A stretch of 64,000 nt of DNA from Octopus sinensis (GCF_006345805.1 NC_043005.1:97650001-97714000); one strand, 5' to 3'. Shown: positions 39,901 through 53,457, counted from the first letter of the stretch. Made by a program: numbers and translations. Notes: generated by a model not told the origin, from the sequence alone.

Positions 39901-41908
39901 CTGGAAAGAAGTGGTTCATATTAGCCTGGCCTCATATTAGCCTGTCCAGCATGGTATAGCTCTTGGGGTCGCTGAGGGGTACAAGCTATGCATGCTGCAA
40001 TAGAGACTTGCCTTTGTGGTGAAAGCACACTATGGCAGGAATTTAAATCAGAGTTCAAAGAGCAGGAACAGCTATCACAAGAAATCCTGTCTGATATTCT
40101 TACTGTTCTGCAAATCCAATATCCTGGATGGATACTTTTTTATTGAACACAGAAAGGATGAAAGGCAAATTGGTCTCAACAGAAATTCACAACAAATGAC
40201 AAGAAACATTCTGTCTGATGTTCTTATGTATCTGCCAACCTGCTGTTCTTGAGGAGACCTATTGGGTCAAGTACATCAACATCAAAATAAAAATTCAAAT
40301 AGAAATTGTAGTTAAGACACCTGTACCGGTGACACGTAAAAAGCACCGTCCGAACATGGCAGATGCCAGCGCCGCCTGACTGGCGTTCGTGTCAGTGACA
40401 CGTAAAAGCACCAACCGATCGTAGCCTTTTGCCAGCCTGCTCTGGCACCAGTGCCGGTGGCACGTAAAAAACACCCACTACGCTCACGGAGTGGTTGGCG
40501 TTAGGAAAGGCATCCAGCTGTAGAAACACTGCCAAATCAGACTAGAGCCTGGTGCAGCCTCCATGGCTTACCAGACCCCAGTTGAATTGTCCAACCTATG
40601 CTAACATGGAAAACGGATGTTAAATGATGATGATGATGACATTGTGGAAGCAGCATGTTAGCAATTTAAAACAAACACATACACCCAAGTCACTTTTGTT
40701 TTTACATTATGATAGTAATACACACCATAAAGTGTTTAAAAAAATGATGTCTCTTATATAATTCCACAGCTTTTGGCAGTTTATAATATTACCATGAACT
40801 AAAACAAAAGTGAATATCACACTATACATGTGCTTTTGAATGGCTGTCATCAATCTTCCATTATAGATAGATATTATTTTTATTAAATATAGGAATCATA
40901 AAATGTATATTTTACCATTATGCAATATAAAAGATATGTAATTTGTTATACACAATGTTTGTTGCACAATATATTAGAGGATACTGTTTTACAAGCTTCC
41001 TTCAGTTGCCATGCTGGAGCTCCACCTTGAATAATTTGGTCAGTCAAATCAATACCAATGATTATTTTGTATCAAGTATTTATTCTTATTTCTTTATTGT
41101 CCACAAGGGGCTAAACACAGAGAGGACAAACAAGGACAGACAAAGGGATTAAGTTGATTACATCGACCCCAGTGCATAACTGGTACTTATTTAATTGACC
41201 CCGAAAGGATGAAAGGCAAAGTCGACCTTAGCAGAATTTGAACTCAGAACGTAGCGGCAGACGAAATACCGCTAAGCATTTCGCCCGGCATGCTAACGTT
41301 TCTGCCAGCTCGCCACCTTCATCTGCTACTATTCTTTTACTCCGATGTAAGTACAATAACTGGACATGCTTCCATAAAAAATTACAAATTAATGAGTATA
41401 ATTTTCTAGGGGTTGTTAATATCAACTGATTCCCTTCCTTACCCCATATTTTGTACACTTTTGCTTATGATTTTTATTGTTATATTTAGTGTTAGTCCAT
41501 AGTGAGATAGAATATGTAAGATTCCTAAGAGTTGGTACTTTAGAACAGAGAAATCCACTCTTTTGTGACAAATCTAGACACTATTTTTCTCAAAGTTATT
41601 CCAGATTCTTAGAACACATTTTTCTACATATGTATACTTACTTCTTCAACTTATTTCATTCCTTTAAGTAACTTGATTCATATAAGTCATTCCTCTGAAG
41701 GCGGTGAGCTGGCAGAAACGTTAGCACGCCGGGCAAAATGCTTAGCCTTTATGTTCTGAGTTCAAATTCCACCGAGGTCGACTTTGCCTTTCATCCTTTC
41801 AGGGTCGATAAATTAAGTACCAGTCATGCACTGGGGTTGATGTAATCGACTTAATCCCTTTGTCTGTCCCTGTTTGTCCCCTCTATGTTTAGCCCCTTGT
41901 GGGCAGTA

Positions 41909-42135
41909 AAGTCATTCCTCCACCAAAGTCACCAATCACATGGGTTATTCCTCTACTGAAGAAATCAATCACAATTTAATTATTTCACCACAAAAGTAAC
42001 CAATCACAATTCAGTCTTTACTCCACCAATGCAACCAATCAGAATTTAATCCTTCCTCATTTAAAACAACCAATCACTTCAGCCTTACTCAATCAAGTAA
42101 TCAATTACAATTCAGTCATTCTCCAACCAATCACA
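41909..42135 (+). repeat. Degenerate ~35-bp minisatellite, about 7 units, each ending in a CCAATCA-like box
   Basis: Repeated CACCAATCACA, AATCAATCACA, AACCAATCACA, AACCAATCAGA, AACCAATCAC, AATCAATTACA, AACCAATCACA. Confidence 0.7.
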
Positions 42136-42459
42136 ACTGCCACGGCTCTCATGTTAAACCACCCCAACCCTTATTTCAAATATTTCAAAAGCTGCACTGT
42201 TAAAGCTTATTCAGTTTTTCTTGTGTTTTTCTTGTCACTCAAGTCACTCCTCACTGAACAGAGCTGTGATCAAAATCTTTCCATCCATGGCCACTCATTC
42301 CTCTCTAGATACATTGTGTAATATATGCTACCCTCTTGAAAATGACAGAGTGAAATTTAAATGAGATTTGGCTGCTAATCCTTTTAACAAGTTAACCATA
42401 CAATAAAGGCTCCTTTGAAATGTTTCTCCCTAGAACAGTACATATCAATTATCCCTAAC

Positions 42460-43216
42460 TGCTTTTGATGACAATTCTGTGAAACTAAATCTAGTCTTCA
42501 GACAATGGTGTTTTAAACCGTGTGGCTCCAAACCAAGTTTCATTTCCTTATTCTCTTGTCTGCTTCTTCTATCTCTTCATGATTATTTGTTCTTCCAACC
42601 CATCTACTATTAAAGCCATCATATATAATCATTCTCAACAAAAACTATTTTTTCCTCACAACAAATAATTGACTTCTTTCCTGTATTCTTTGAACAGACT
42701 TCACATGACTGATGTCATTTCCATTCCCACCTTAATTTCTTTGCTTTTTGTTCTTGTATGCTCACGATGGAATAAATTATTGAGGAACCTAAGTTACAGC
42801 TTATCCATCTCTGTCATCTTTGACCTAAGGTGCAGATACTTGAATCTGCATACTTTCTGTTGTTATATTACTTTAACTTTAGTTTTTCTCAGATATTTTG
42901 TACTTTTTTAACATTTTCTTTTATTCTACCAGATATCTTTCAATGTACCATCATTATATATCATTTTCCCATTCAATTTCATTTCCTCATTACCAAATTT
43001 CACCACTTCTTTATTCCCTCATCATCATTATTGTTGTCATTGTTCTTGTTGTTGTTATAATTCTCAATAAGTGTGATCCATGGTAGAAATAGTACAGCTC
43101 CAGATAAAAAAAAAGTACATCTGTTTAAATTTTGAGTTCAAATCACACTAAGTCAATTTAGTCTTTTATTCTTCTGAGGTTGATAAAATAAATAACTGAA
43201 TTTCATTCAATTGACT

Positions 43217-43262
<46 letters not shown>

Positions 43263-43990
43263 ATATTTATCTTTGTGACATTGATTAAAATACCTGTAGT
43301 CATCATCATCATTATCATTATTGTCATTGCCATCATCGTTATCATCATTGGCATCATCTTTGTTGTTGTTCTGACAGTTATTACTAGATATCAAGTTGCA
43401 TCCTGCAACCTTAGGCATCTAGCATCTTTCTTACGGTCATTGCTGTGCCAAGCCAATAGGCATTCTGTAGAATCAGGAAATTCATCTCAATGTCCAACTT
43501 CATCAACAAAATATTCAAACTTCTTATAACCATTCCTAAGACTCCTACTACAAAAGGGATAATGGTTACTTTATGACAATTCTGGATTCTTTGAAGTTTG
43601 TATTTTAGATTCAGGTAGTTTCCTATTTTCTCACATTTTTTGAATACCAGTGAGCAAGCAACATCAATTAAGCAACACATTCATTTCTCTTTATCGAATA
43701 TGACAATATCTGGGCAAGAATACTTTATTTGCCTGTCCGTTTGAAGTTTCATATCCCATAGTTCCTTTACATGGTCATTTTCAAAGATGTGCTCTGTTTT
43801 ATGGTCATACTGTTTTTCCATACTTTGATATCCATAATATTTTTACGGATTTGCTAATGTGACATTGTAGCAATTTTGTCATGTTTTGAATTTTCTTATA
43901 AACTCTCTGAGCAAGCATTTTGCATTCAGAGACTGTATATGTCACCATTTCTTCTTCTTCATCCCATATTCTATATTCAACAAAGATGTC
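42460..43990 (-). mobile_element. Decayed R4/Dong-like RLE non-LTR retrotransposon (post-RT, CCHC and REL endonuclease)
   Basis: SECKMLAQRVYK, WDMKLQTDRQIKYSCPDIVIFDK, CCLIDVAC...KYKLQRI...IIPFVVGVLG. Confidence 0.8.
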
Positions 43991-44017
43991 TTCCATAAAT
44001 ATGATTCAGTAAAGAAA

Positions 44018-44639
44018 TCATTTGTGTCCATGAGTTGAGCGGTGATGAGCAAGCAAACCAGCGGAGATTGTGGCTCGTTGATTTTTGTTGTTGTCACTTA
44101 AAGCATGCAGAACCCATGCTCCATACTTCTGAACCTTTCCCATCGAGTAAAGATGCTTCTCTATAGCAGTGTGGGAGCATTCCATTTTCTCTGCCAGTTC
44201 CCTTGTTGTTTGATGAGAATTTTTGTGCAAAAGTTGGTTTAATTGCTCTTCATCAAACTCAACTGGACGGCCAGAATGAGGTGCATCTTTGAGGTCAAAA
44301 TTTCCATTTTTGAACTTGGTATACCAATCATTAACAGTTTCATCTATGGCACCCTCTCCATACACAGTACAAATGTCGCAAGAAGCTTTTGTGGCCTTAA
44401 AACCTTGATTAAAAGCAAAAAGGAGGTGTTTAAAATGCTCATTTTTCTTAACTTGACATTCCATTTTAATGATCTGAAAATAAAAAAAATTAACTAAAAT
44501 TAACTAGAAAAAAACAAAACAAAATAGATTCGAAAATGATTCAAAAATAGAATTCACGAAAAAAACAGATTCCAAAATTTAAACACTCGATAAATTCCAA
44601 AATTTAAAAAAACGGCAGGAACTTAGTTGCCAACCCAAT
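44018..44639 (-). mobile_element. 5' half of a mariner transposon (HTH domain), truncated
   Basis: ORF 44018-44464 ICTVYGEGAI...W..KFKNGNFDLKDAPHSGRPVEFDEEQL...GAWV.HALS. TIR TTGGGTTGGCAACTAAGTTC on the minus strand, next to TA. Confidence 0.92.
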
Positions 44640-44769
44640 TAAATATATATATATATATATATTCATATATATATATACACACACACATATATACATACAC
44701 ACACACACATATACATATACATTTATATATAGGTAGATACATATGTGCATGTATTATGTGCATATATCA

Positions 44770-46230
44770 ATGACTAATGCATCTGGACACATTTTCAGTG
44801 ACGTGACTGGTATCATAGGGTGTTTTGGGTCTTTCAACATCATACATCTTCCTCCAGGTGACCAGCTGGGGATGATCAGGCCTCAGCCTGTGTCCAGATG
44901 GTCAACTAGCTACCTCATGGCTCTCCTCTTTTGATCCACACCCATGATGCTGATTACTACCTTGTGCCAGCATGATGTTAATGTTCCCAAAGAGACCCTC
45001 TTCCCAGGATCATGTGGCCCCTCCTTGTCTATGCAGTCCCCTTCTCAACAGTAGAAACCTTAGAGAGGAGGGTCAGCAACCACCTCCGGAGATGGCTTGG
45101 TGTACCACACTACTGGTGGTACGGCAGATGGCCTTCCTCCTTCTCACTCCTTTGATGCCCAAACTACTGAAGGCTCTGGTCAGAGAATGGGCTACTAAAC
45201 ACCTGCATCCAACCTCCACTGGGAGATACCTCACTCTCCAGCCAGCCTGCTGGCAGTCACTGACCAGACCTGCGTACTTGGAGAGTTTTCTCTCAAAAGT
45301 TTCTTCTAGGCGATCTTCCCATGGGACAGTCAGCTCCAGCAGCATCCCTTGCTTGGTGGACTAGACATGAGGACAATGTCTGGTCACAGGGTGGTGACCA
45401 CGATGTGGTCGGGGAACTTCAGCTGAGGCTCAAGATCCACTGGTAGCTGCCAGTCTCTTGCAGATGTTAGGATGCCTGCCGATGATTTTCTGGCAGGGGC
45501 TGGCTGTTCCCCAGCTCTGACAAAGGTGATGGTTTTCTTGGAGGGTTGGAACTGCTTTGTCCACACAAGTCCTGTGCTGATGGCTTCAGCGATGGTCTTA
45601 AGGAATTGGTCATGCCTCCAGTGGTACTGTCCTTCTCCAAGTGTCCCTGTGCAGCAGCTGAGGATGTGTTCCAGGGTTCCTCACTTGGAACACAGTGCAC
45701 ATATTGGTGTCTCTGCTATGTCCTATGTGTGCAGGTTTGATGGGCTTGGAAGTACATAGTACACTGCCTAGATGAGGAATTTAATGTGGTGGGGCTCAGC
45801 TTTCTACAGCTCAGCCCAGGTCACTTTCTCTCAACTGCATTCTCCCATCTTGTCCAAGCTCCCTGTTGCTTCATTCCCACTGCCTTGCACGTTCTTATTC
45901 CTTCCACTGCAGCTCTCGCCTCCTCCTGAACAAAGCTCCTTGGTAAACAAAGCCATCTCCGGAGGTGGTTGCTGACCCTCCTCTCTAAGGTCTCTACTGT
46001 TGAGAAGGGGACTGCATAGACAAGGAGGGGCCACAGGATCCTGGGAAGAGGGTCTCTTTGGGGACATTAACATCACACTGGCACAAGGTAGTAATCAGCA
46101 TCAACACAGGGTGCACTATCTCTGTGACACTATTCTCCCTAGACATGAACATGCTTACCAAGTCTGCTGAGCCAGAGTGCAGAGGGCCCCTATTGAAATC
46201 CGGACAAAGGCAACCACACCCGTTAGTGTG
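44770..46230 (-). mobile_element. HERO-like RLE non-LTR retrotransposon 3' part with an internal deletion and an inverted duplication
   Basis: LPRILWPLLVYAVPFSTVETLERRVSNHLRRWL; GILTSARDWQLPVDLEPQLKFPDHIVVTTLRP.IV; LLELTVPWEDRLEE.FERKLSKY...PVEVGCR; WVWIKRGEP. Confidence 0.9.
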
Positions 46231-46436
46231 TTCATATATATATACATATATATGCACATACACATACATACATGCATATATATTAGATGTATATATGTAT
46301 GTGTATATATTTATTTCGCTCTCGCGTCTCATGTTTGATCTTTGACCTCTGGCCGAAATCAGATTGCCATGTTGATTCGTTAGCTACTGCACGCATTTTT
46401 TTTCTCTCCTTCTTTCTGTGTTTTTCTCTCTCTGTG

Positions 46437-46475
46437 TATCTTTCTGTTGAAGAGCGTAGGCTCGAAACGTTAAAG
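46437..46475 (+). ncRNA. Penelope-type minimal hammerhead-like motif within a pLTR-like fragment (~46330-46570)
   Basis: CTTT-CTGTTGA-A-GAGC gtag GCTC-GAAA-CG-TT-AAAG: stems I and II perfect, palindromic stem III AACGTT, core has A6U. Confidence 0.65.
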
Positions 46476-47520
46476 ACTTGTTTTATTTATATTTCCTGAG
46501 CGCCATACTAATACAATTGTTCGTTTGTTTTCCACCTGCCTTCGTCTTTTGTTTATTTTCATAAAGCTTCCCGTTATATATATATATACATATATATATA
46601 TATACACACACACTCACGCTCATACATACACATATCCACTTATGTACATCTATGCATGTGCATACATATATATATATATACATTATGTGGATGATAATAT
46701 TTTAAAAACAAAAGTGTTTCATATTTAATTTCATATATAGCATTGTGTGTGTATGTGTGTGTGCACATGCACGCGAGAGAGAAAGAGAGAGAGAGAGAAA
46801 AAAAGAGAGAGAGAGAAATAGAGAGAGAGAGAGAGAAACTGATAAATTCAATCCAACTTACAATAAAAATTCGGAGTTAATCAGCGTCTTTGGAGCAATG
46901 TATTAAAATGCTGTCACCTGCTTTAGCATCTCTCACTGCCACCCACTCCCACTCTCTCTGTTACTTTACTCTTCTTTCCCTACAGTGTGATAGGACACTT
47001 TGCATTATTTTACTCTTTTACTTGTTTCAGTCATTTGACTGTGGTCATGCTGGAGCACTACCTTTTAGTTAAATAAATGGACTTCAGGACTTATTCTTTG
47101 TTTCTTTGAAAGCCTAGTATTTATTCTATTGGCCTCTTTTCCTGAACTGCTAAGTTACGGGGATGTAAACGCACCAACATCAGTTGTCAAGCAATGGTAG
47201 GGGAACAAACACATACAATGGGCTTCTTTTCCGTTTCCATCTACCAAATCCATTCACAAGGCTTTGGTCAGAAAATACTTGCCCAAGGTGCTATGCAGTG
47301 GGACTGAACCTGGAACTATGTGATTGGGAGGCAAGCTTCTTACCACATAGCCATTCCTGCTCCTATATAAGATAAATTATAAGATAAATTTTCTATGTGT
47401 GTTTAAGTTATGAAACAATTGTTGTGATATAAGAATTTTCAATGTTTAAATAAGTTTTATCATACTATATTTCATTCATTATTTATAACTATAACTATAA
47501 CTATATATATATATATATAT

Positions 47521-47747
47521 ATCAACAATCAAGGAACGGCCATAATAGGCCATTCACCCACTAGAAATAACAGCCAAAGCTTCAACCGCAAATAAAAATC
47601 AATTCCGTAAACAGGAGAAAATTTAAAAACATTTACGTTTTTTAAATTTTCTCCTGTTTACGGAATTGATTTTTATTTGCGGTTGAAGCTTTGGCTGTTA
47701 TTTCTAGTGGGTGAATGGCCTATTATGGCCGTTCCTTGATTGTTGAT
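47521..47747. repeat. Near-perfect palindrome with ~110-bp arms and a ~6-nt loop, abutting (TA)n
   Basis: 47521-47630 is the reverse complement of 47637-47747 apart from a one-base poly-T length difference. Confidence 0.95.
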
Positions 47748-47849
47748 GTTGAACTTAAAAATGGTCTATGACTATTTAATTTTTTCCCACTAGGCGCTGG
47801 TGGCAAAAAAATTCTACAAAATTTTTTTTTTTTTGCCACCCTATATTGA

Positions 47850-47991
<142 letters not shown>

Positions 47992-48239
47992 ATATATAGG
48001 AGGAAAGTAAGAAAATAAATGAAAATGCACATTGTAAATCAAAAAAAGTAAAGGCTCTTTATGAAAAGTAACAAAAGATATATACAATTAGATGAACTGA
48101 GGAAGGAATAAAAGTATTAAAAGTCATTATTGTGAAATTATTAAAGAGATACAAGCATACTGGTTTCGTAAGTTACTAATCATTGCTTTGAATGCGCACC
48201 ATGTGTAGTTTCTATTTTCTTTTTGTAACATATTTCTAT

Positions 48240-48273
<34 letters not shown>

Positions 48274-48278
48274 ATATA

Positions 48279-49566
48279 CAAGGGTGAGTCAAAAATTATA
48301 TGCCCTCTTGCTTTTCAATGTATTTACACGAAAGCGGGTGATAAACAAGTACGTCCTTTTTTCTATACAATCTCCTTCTTTTTCGACGCACTTGCACAAG
48401 AGATCCACAAGCTTGCATATTCCCTCCTAGAAGAAGGTTTTCAGTTGGACGTGCAACCATTTATACACCGCTTCCTTCACATCTTCATTCATAGGAAATC
48501 AACATCCTCATAAACCATCTTTGAGCAGTCCAGAGATATAATAGTCAGAAGGAGTGAGATCTGGGCTGTAGGCAGGGTGTTCCAGCACCTCAAAACCCAA
48601 TTGATTAATGGTTTCAATGCTCTGGGTGGCTGTGTGTGGCTGTGCATTGTCATACAGCAACAAAACTTTCTTCAACAACAAGCTTTGGCATTTGGTGGAA
48701 AGTGCTGGCTTTAGTTTGTCAGCTAGCAAGGCACTGTACTTTGCACTGTTGACCGTACACTCCTTTTCCAAATAGCCTTCCAGTATAGGCCCTTTGAGTC
48801 CCAAAAATGGTTAGTGTCACCTTTCCCATAGAAGACTGAGTCTTGAATTTCTTTGTCACTGGTGAGCCAGAATGTTTCCACTCCATACTCTGTCTTTTGG
48901 ATTCTGCTTCATAATGCTTTTCATCTCCTACGACTATTCTGCTTAAAAATTCCTTGCCCTCATTGTTGTAGCGATCAAGTAAGCATTGGCAGACTTCAAG
49001 ACGTTTGTGCTTGTGCTCTGCAGTAAGCTCTCTTGGCACCCATCTTGCACAGACTTTATAGAAGCTGAGCTCATCATGGATGATTTGATAGGCAGAGCTG
49101 TGACTAATCTGCAGAAAAAAGCTACTTCATCAATGATAACTCGCCGGTTCACCATTACACTCTCTTGAGCTTGCTGAATCATCTCATCAGTGGTGGAGGT
49201 TGACAGACACCCTGCTCACTCTTCATGCATCCGTTGACTTTTAAACTTCTTGATCCACTCATACACACTTATACACAGTAGTGCACTGTCCCCATATTGT
49301 ACTAAAAGCCTCCGATGAATTTCAGCACCTGACACACCTTCCGACCAGAGAAATTGGATCACTGTTCTTTGTTCTTTGGTGCACATTGCTAGTGGAGCAG
49401 CCATTCTAACACTGTAAAGCCAGTATGAAAAATAGCGCGATCAGGATCAAACACCAATCACATGACCACAATAGTACCAACTTTAAGCATGCATATGCAG
49501 AAGGCAGCATGACAATAATAAAGATATGTTATGGTAAAAGTGTGGGTAAATTTTGACTTCCCCTCA
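48279..49566 (-). mobile_element. Full-length decayed mariner transposon (~1.29 kb)
   Basis: Imperfect TIRs CAAGGGTGAGTCAAAAATTA / revcomp TGAGGGGAAGTCAAAATTTA with TA flanks. Frameshifted transposase: QRTVIQFLWSEG, W.PRELT, IVVGDE, LLYDNAQPH, HPAYSPDLTPSDY. Confidence 0.95.
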
Positions 49567-51266
49567 TATACACATGTGTGTGTGTATATCATCATCATCA
49601 TCATCATCGTTTAACATCCGCTTTCCATGCGAGCATGAGTTGGACAATTTTGACTGAGGTCTGGCGAACCAGATGGCTGCACCAGGCTCCAATCTTGATC
49701 TGGCACAGTTTCTACAGCTGGATGCCCTTCCTAACACCAACCACTCCAAGAGTGGCACGGGGGCCAGTCAGACAGTACTGGCAATGACCTCGCTCAAATC
49801 TTTTTACACATGCCACCGGCACAGGTGCCAGTAAGACGACGCTGGTAACAATCAAGCTTGAATGGTGCCCTTTTACGTGCCACTGGCATGGAAGCCAGTT
49901 GGCTGCTCTGGCAAAGATCATGCTCGGATGGTGCTCTTGGCACCCTTCTAGCATGGACACATGTGCCAGTAAGGCATATATTTATGTATGCATACATTCA
50001 TATTTCCTCTCAACCTTCTGCTCATCCTTTCTTGCTCCCTTTTTCTTTCCTTTATTCTCCAAAATTGTCTTTTCTCTCACTTTCTATTTACATCATCAAA
50101 TCTCATTACCACTTTTTGACTTTTCTCCAATAAAGATGTAATACACAAAGTTTCCCCTCTTGTTCTATTTACATTAATAGAACTTTGGAAATACACAAAC
50201 ATCTTTGGAAGGACAAAGTTTTTTTTTCACCAGTATTATCTATATTGATTCATGAAATGAAATATTTGGGTGAGTACTTCAACCCCCAAAAAAGACCTAC
50301 ACGTATATATTATCTACTGGCTGCATCCAAAGTACCTCAGATCGCAGGATGGCCTGCTGTGCTTACCTTGGATCATAGGGCAACCTGCTGTACTTGAGGA
50401 GACCTATTGAGTCAAGTACATCAACATCAAAAAATGAAATGGAAATTGCAGTTGTGATACCTGTGCCGGTGGCATGTAAAAAGCACCATTCGAACATGGT
50501 CGATGCCAGCCCCGCCTTGACTGGCTTCCGTGCCGGTGGCACGTAAAAAGCACCAACTGATTGTGGCCGTTGCCAGCCTCCCCTGGCGCCTGTGCTGGTG
50601 GCACGTAAAAAGCACCCACTACACTCTCGGAGTGGTTGGCGTTAGGAAGGGCATCCAGCTGTAGAAACACTGCCAGATCAGACTGGAGCTTAGTGCAGTC
50701 TGCATGGCTTACCAGACCCAGGTCAAACCGTCCAACCCATGCTAGCATGGAAAACAGACGTTAAATGATGATGATGATATAGAATGTCTGGTATGTCTGA
50801 AAAAGTTGTTTTTTTGTGTATCTTAATGAACCAAAAAAACTTGAGAAAAATAAAGGAATGAAAGCTTAGGGCAGAAGATAAAATAAACTTTATAAAATAA
50901 AATTATATGTATTTATGTCATGTTACTTAAAATTGATTACTTGTTCTGTAATACAATTACAACCTGTAACACCTGCTTAAAATACAACAAATAAAAAAAT
51001 TACACTTGTTGTAGAAAGTTGCTGAATAAAGTTAAATTTGTACCCATAAGCAAGAAAAAATACATTAACAAGTCCTCAGTTATATATACTTTTACTCATA
51101 TACATTAGTATTCAATGTATATCATATTTTAGCTGCTATGGTGCTTGTGCATGTATAACGTATATACATATATGTGTGTTTGAATGTGTGTGTGTGTGTA
51201 TATATATATGCATGCATGTGTATGTTTGTAGGTATGTATGAGTGTGTGTATATATATTTGTATATG

Positions 51267-51486
51267 CAGTAATCCCTCGCTATATCGTGGTTCACCTATC
51301 ACAGTTTATTATTTAAACTTATGTCAATTCCTCCATGGTGGTGTTTTGCATTTATGATACAATAAATATATACAAATTATAAAAATAATTAAAAAAATAC
51401 ATTACAGTACTGATTCTGCTTCACAGATTTTCACCTATCATGGGGCATTTTGGAATGTAACACCCATGATAGTCGAGGGATTACTG
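51267..51486. mobile_element. Tigger/pogo-type MITE
   Basis: CAGTAATCCCTCG ... CGAGGGATTACTG|TA. Confidence 0.8.
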
Positions 51487-51923
51487 TATATATGTATGTG
51501 CATATATATATATATATATACGTTTAAATATTTGTTGTGCAAGATTTTTTATGTGAAGTCGTGTGTTGAAACAGATATTGTTATATTTCGGAATGGTCAT
51601 ATTGCCAGTTTAGCCAATAAAAACACACGCACTATATATTTGGTGTTATTTTGCTTCAGTGATATTTATTTTTTACATTAATCTTAATCTTATTTCGGCC
51701 AGAGTTCTTTCGTCACACTCCTGTGACCGCATCAGTGGTCCTTTGTTTTCTTCTTTCGTATTTGTGTCTCTCCTTACTAACCGTCAACCATTCCGGAATA
51801 TAACAATATATATATATTCAGTCCCATTGCATCGCACCTTGGGCAAGTGGCTTCTACTATAGTTTTGGGCTGACCAAAGTCTTGTGAGTGGATTTGGTAG
51901 ACGGAAACTGAAAGAAAACCATC

Positions 51924-51961
<38 letters not shown>

Positions 51962-52306
51962 TTGTGTGTGTGTGTTTGTCCCCCTATTATCGCTTGACAA
52001 CCAATGTTGGTGTGTTTACGTCCCCATAAACTAGGGGTTTGGCAAAAAGAGACCGAAAGAATAATTACTAGGCTTACAAAGAATAAGACCTGGGGTTGAA
52101 TTGTTTGATGAAAGGTGGTGCTCCAGCATGGCCTCAGTTAAAATGACTGAAACAAATAAAAGAATAAAAGAAGTATACATATATATATATATATATATAT
52201 ATTTAAAATTAAGGATAAAATCTTTATAAGAAATTATCAGTAGTTAGCGTGAAAAACCTCGTAAGAGAAAAAATCTGTAAATTTTTCCACTTTGAAAATA
52301 TTTATT

Positions 52307-52477
52307 TATATTATATAGAGGGTACTATTATTCATAGGTACCGCACGCTAGGAGGGACTCTTGCAGTCAAAACTACTAAAATAAATTCGGTACAATTTGT
52401 TTATTTAAGTAGTTTTGACTGCAAGAGTCCCTCCTAGCGTGCGGTACCTATGAATAATAGTACCCTCTATATAATAT

Positions 52478-52478
<1 letters not shown>
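52307..52478. mobile_element. Hairpin MITE with perfect 71-bp arms and a 30-nt spacer, in a TA context
   Basis: 52307-52377 is the reverse complement of 52408-52478. Core is TA|GAGGGTACT...AGTACCCTC|TA. Confidence 0.9.
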
Positions 52479-52512
<34 letters not shown>

Positions 52513-52991
52513 AAGTGCAAGACTAGATAGGAAAAGGCATGGTTGAGGTACAAATGTGGCTGGGGTGCTGATGTAATTTTAGCACAGACATGGCTGAATG
52601 CTAAGATGTTAGCTTCTGAACCACAAGGTTCAGCTGAATGTGAATATCTTTTATACCCATGTGTGTTACAAACTATCCTGCAGCAAACTGCAGTTTCGGT
52701 CAGGGAGCAAATAAAAATTTTAATAATAATATAGGGTTAAGATTAATTAATTAATTGTTTAATAATTAATAATTCTACCAAGTAGTGAGTACGTTAAAAT
52801 AACCTTTTTAGGAGAATTACACAAAATATTCTATAAGTTTCTTTTTGCCTACATAAAAAAGTGTGTTATTGTCTCAGAAATACTTATGGTAGTTGAAATG
52901 ACATTCATGTCTATTTCTAATTTCAGTACGTGGCAAAGCAATTAGCTGACCCCTGATTATAATTATGCATATAATTATAGAATATTTTGTT

Positions 52992-53034
<43 letters not shown>

Positions 53035-53398
53035 ATATATATGTATATTTGTATGTGTGTATATATATATATATGGATATATATATATAAATATATACAT
53101 ATATATGTGTGTGTGTATGTGTGTATGTGCGATTGAATATATATATATATGTATGTATGTATGTGTGTGTATGTATAGTCCATATTTCCTTCCATATTGG
53201 CTAACTCTGATGAGTATAAAGTTATATAATTGGATTGTTACCCAACACTCCATTGTATTCTTTATGTGAAACTGATTGGTAAGATCAGCCCTGATGGATA
53301 TTTAATACTATACATTTTGGATAATATATATATATATATAAGCTCAGTTCATAATGTTAGATGTATCTAAAATATATACACATGTATGTATCTATCCA

Positions 53399-53457
<59 letters not shown>

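Noticed and set aside
52685-52700. GAAACTGCAGTT palindrome on the minus strand as another hammerhead
   Set aside because: Only the GAAA/stem III half is present; there is no upstream core or stem II.
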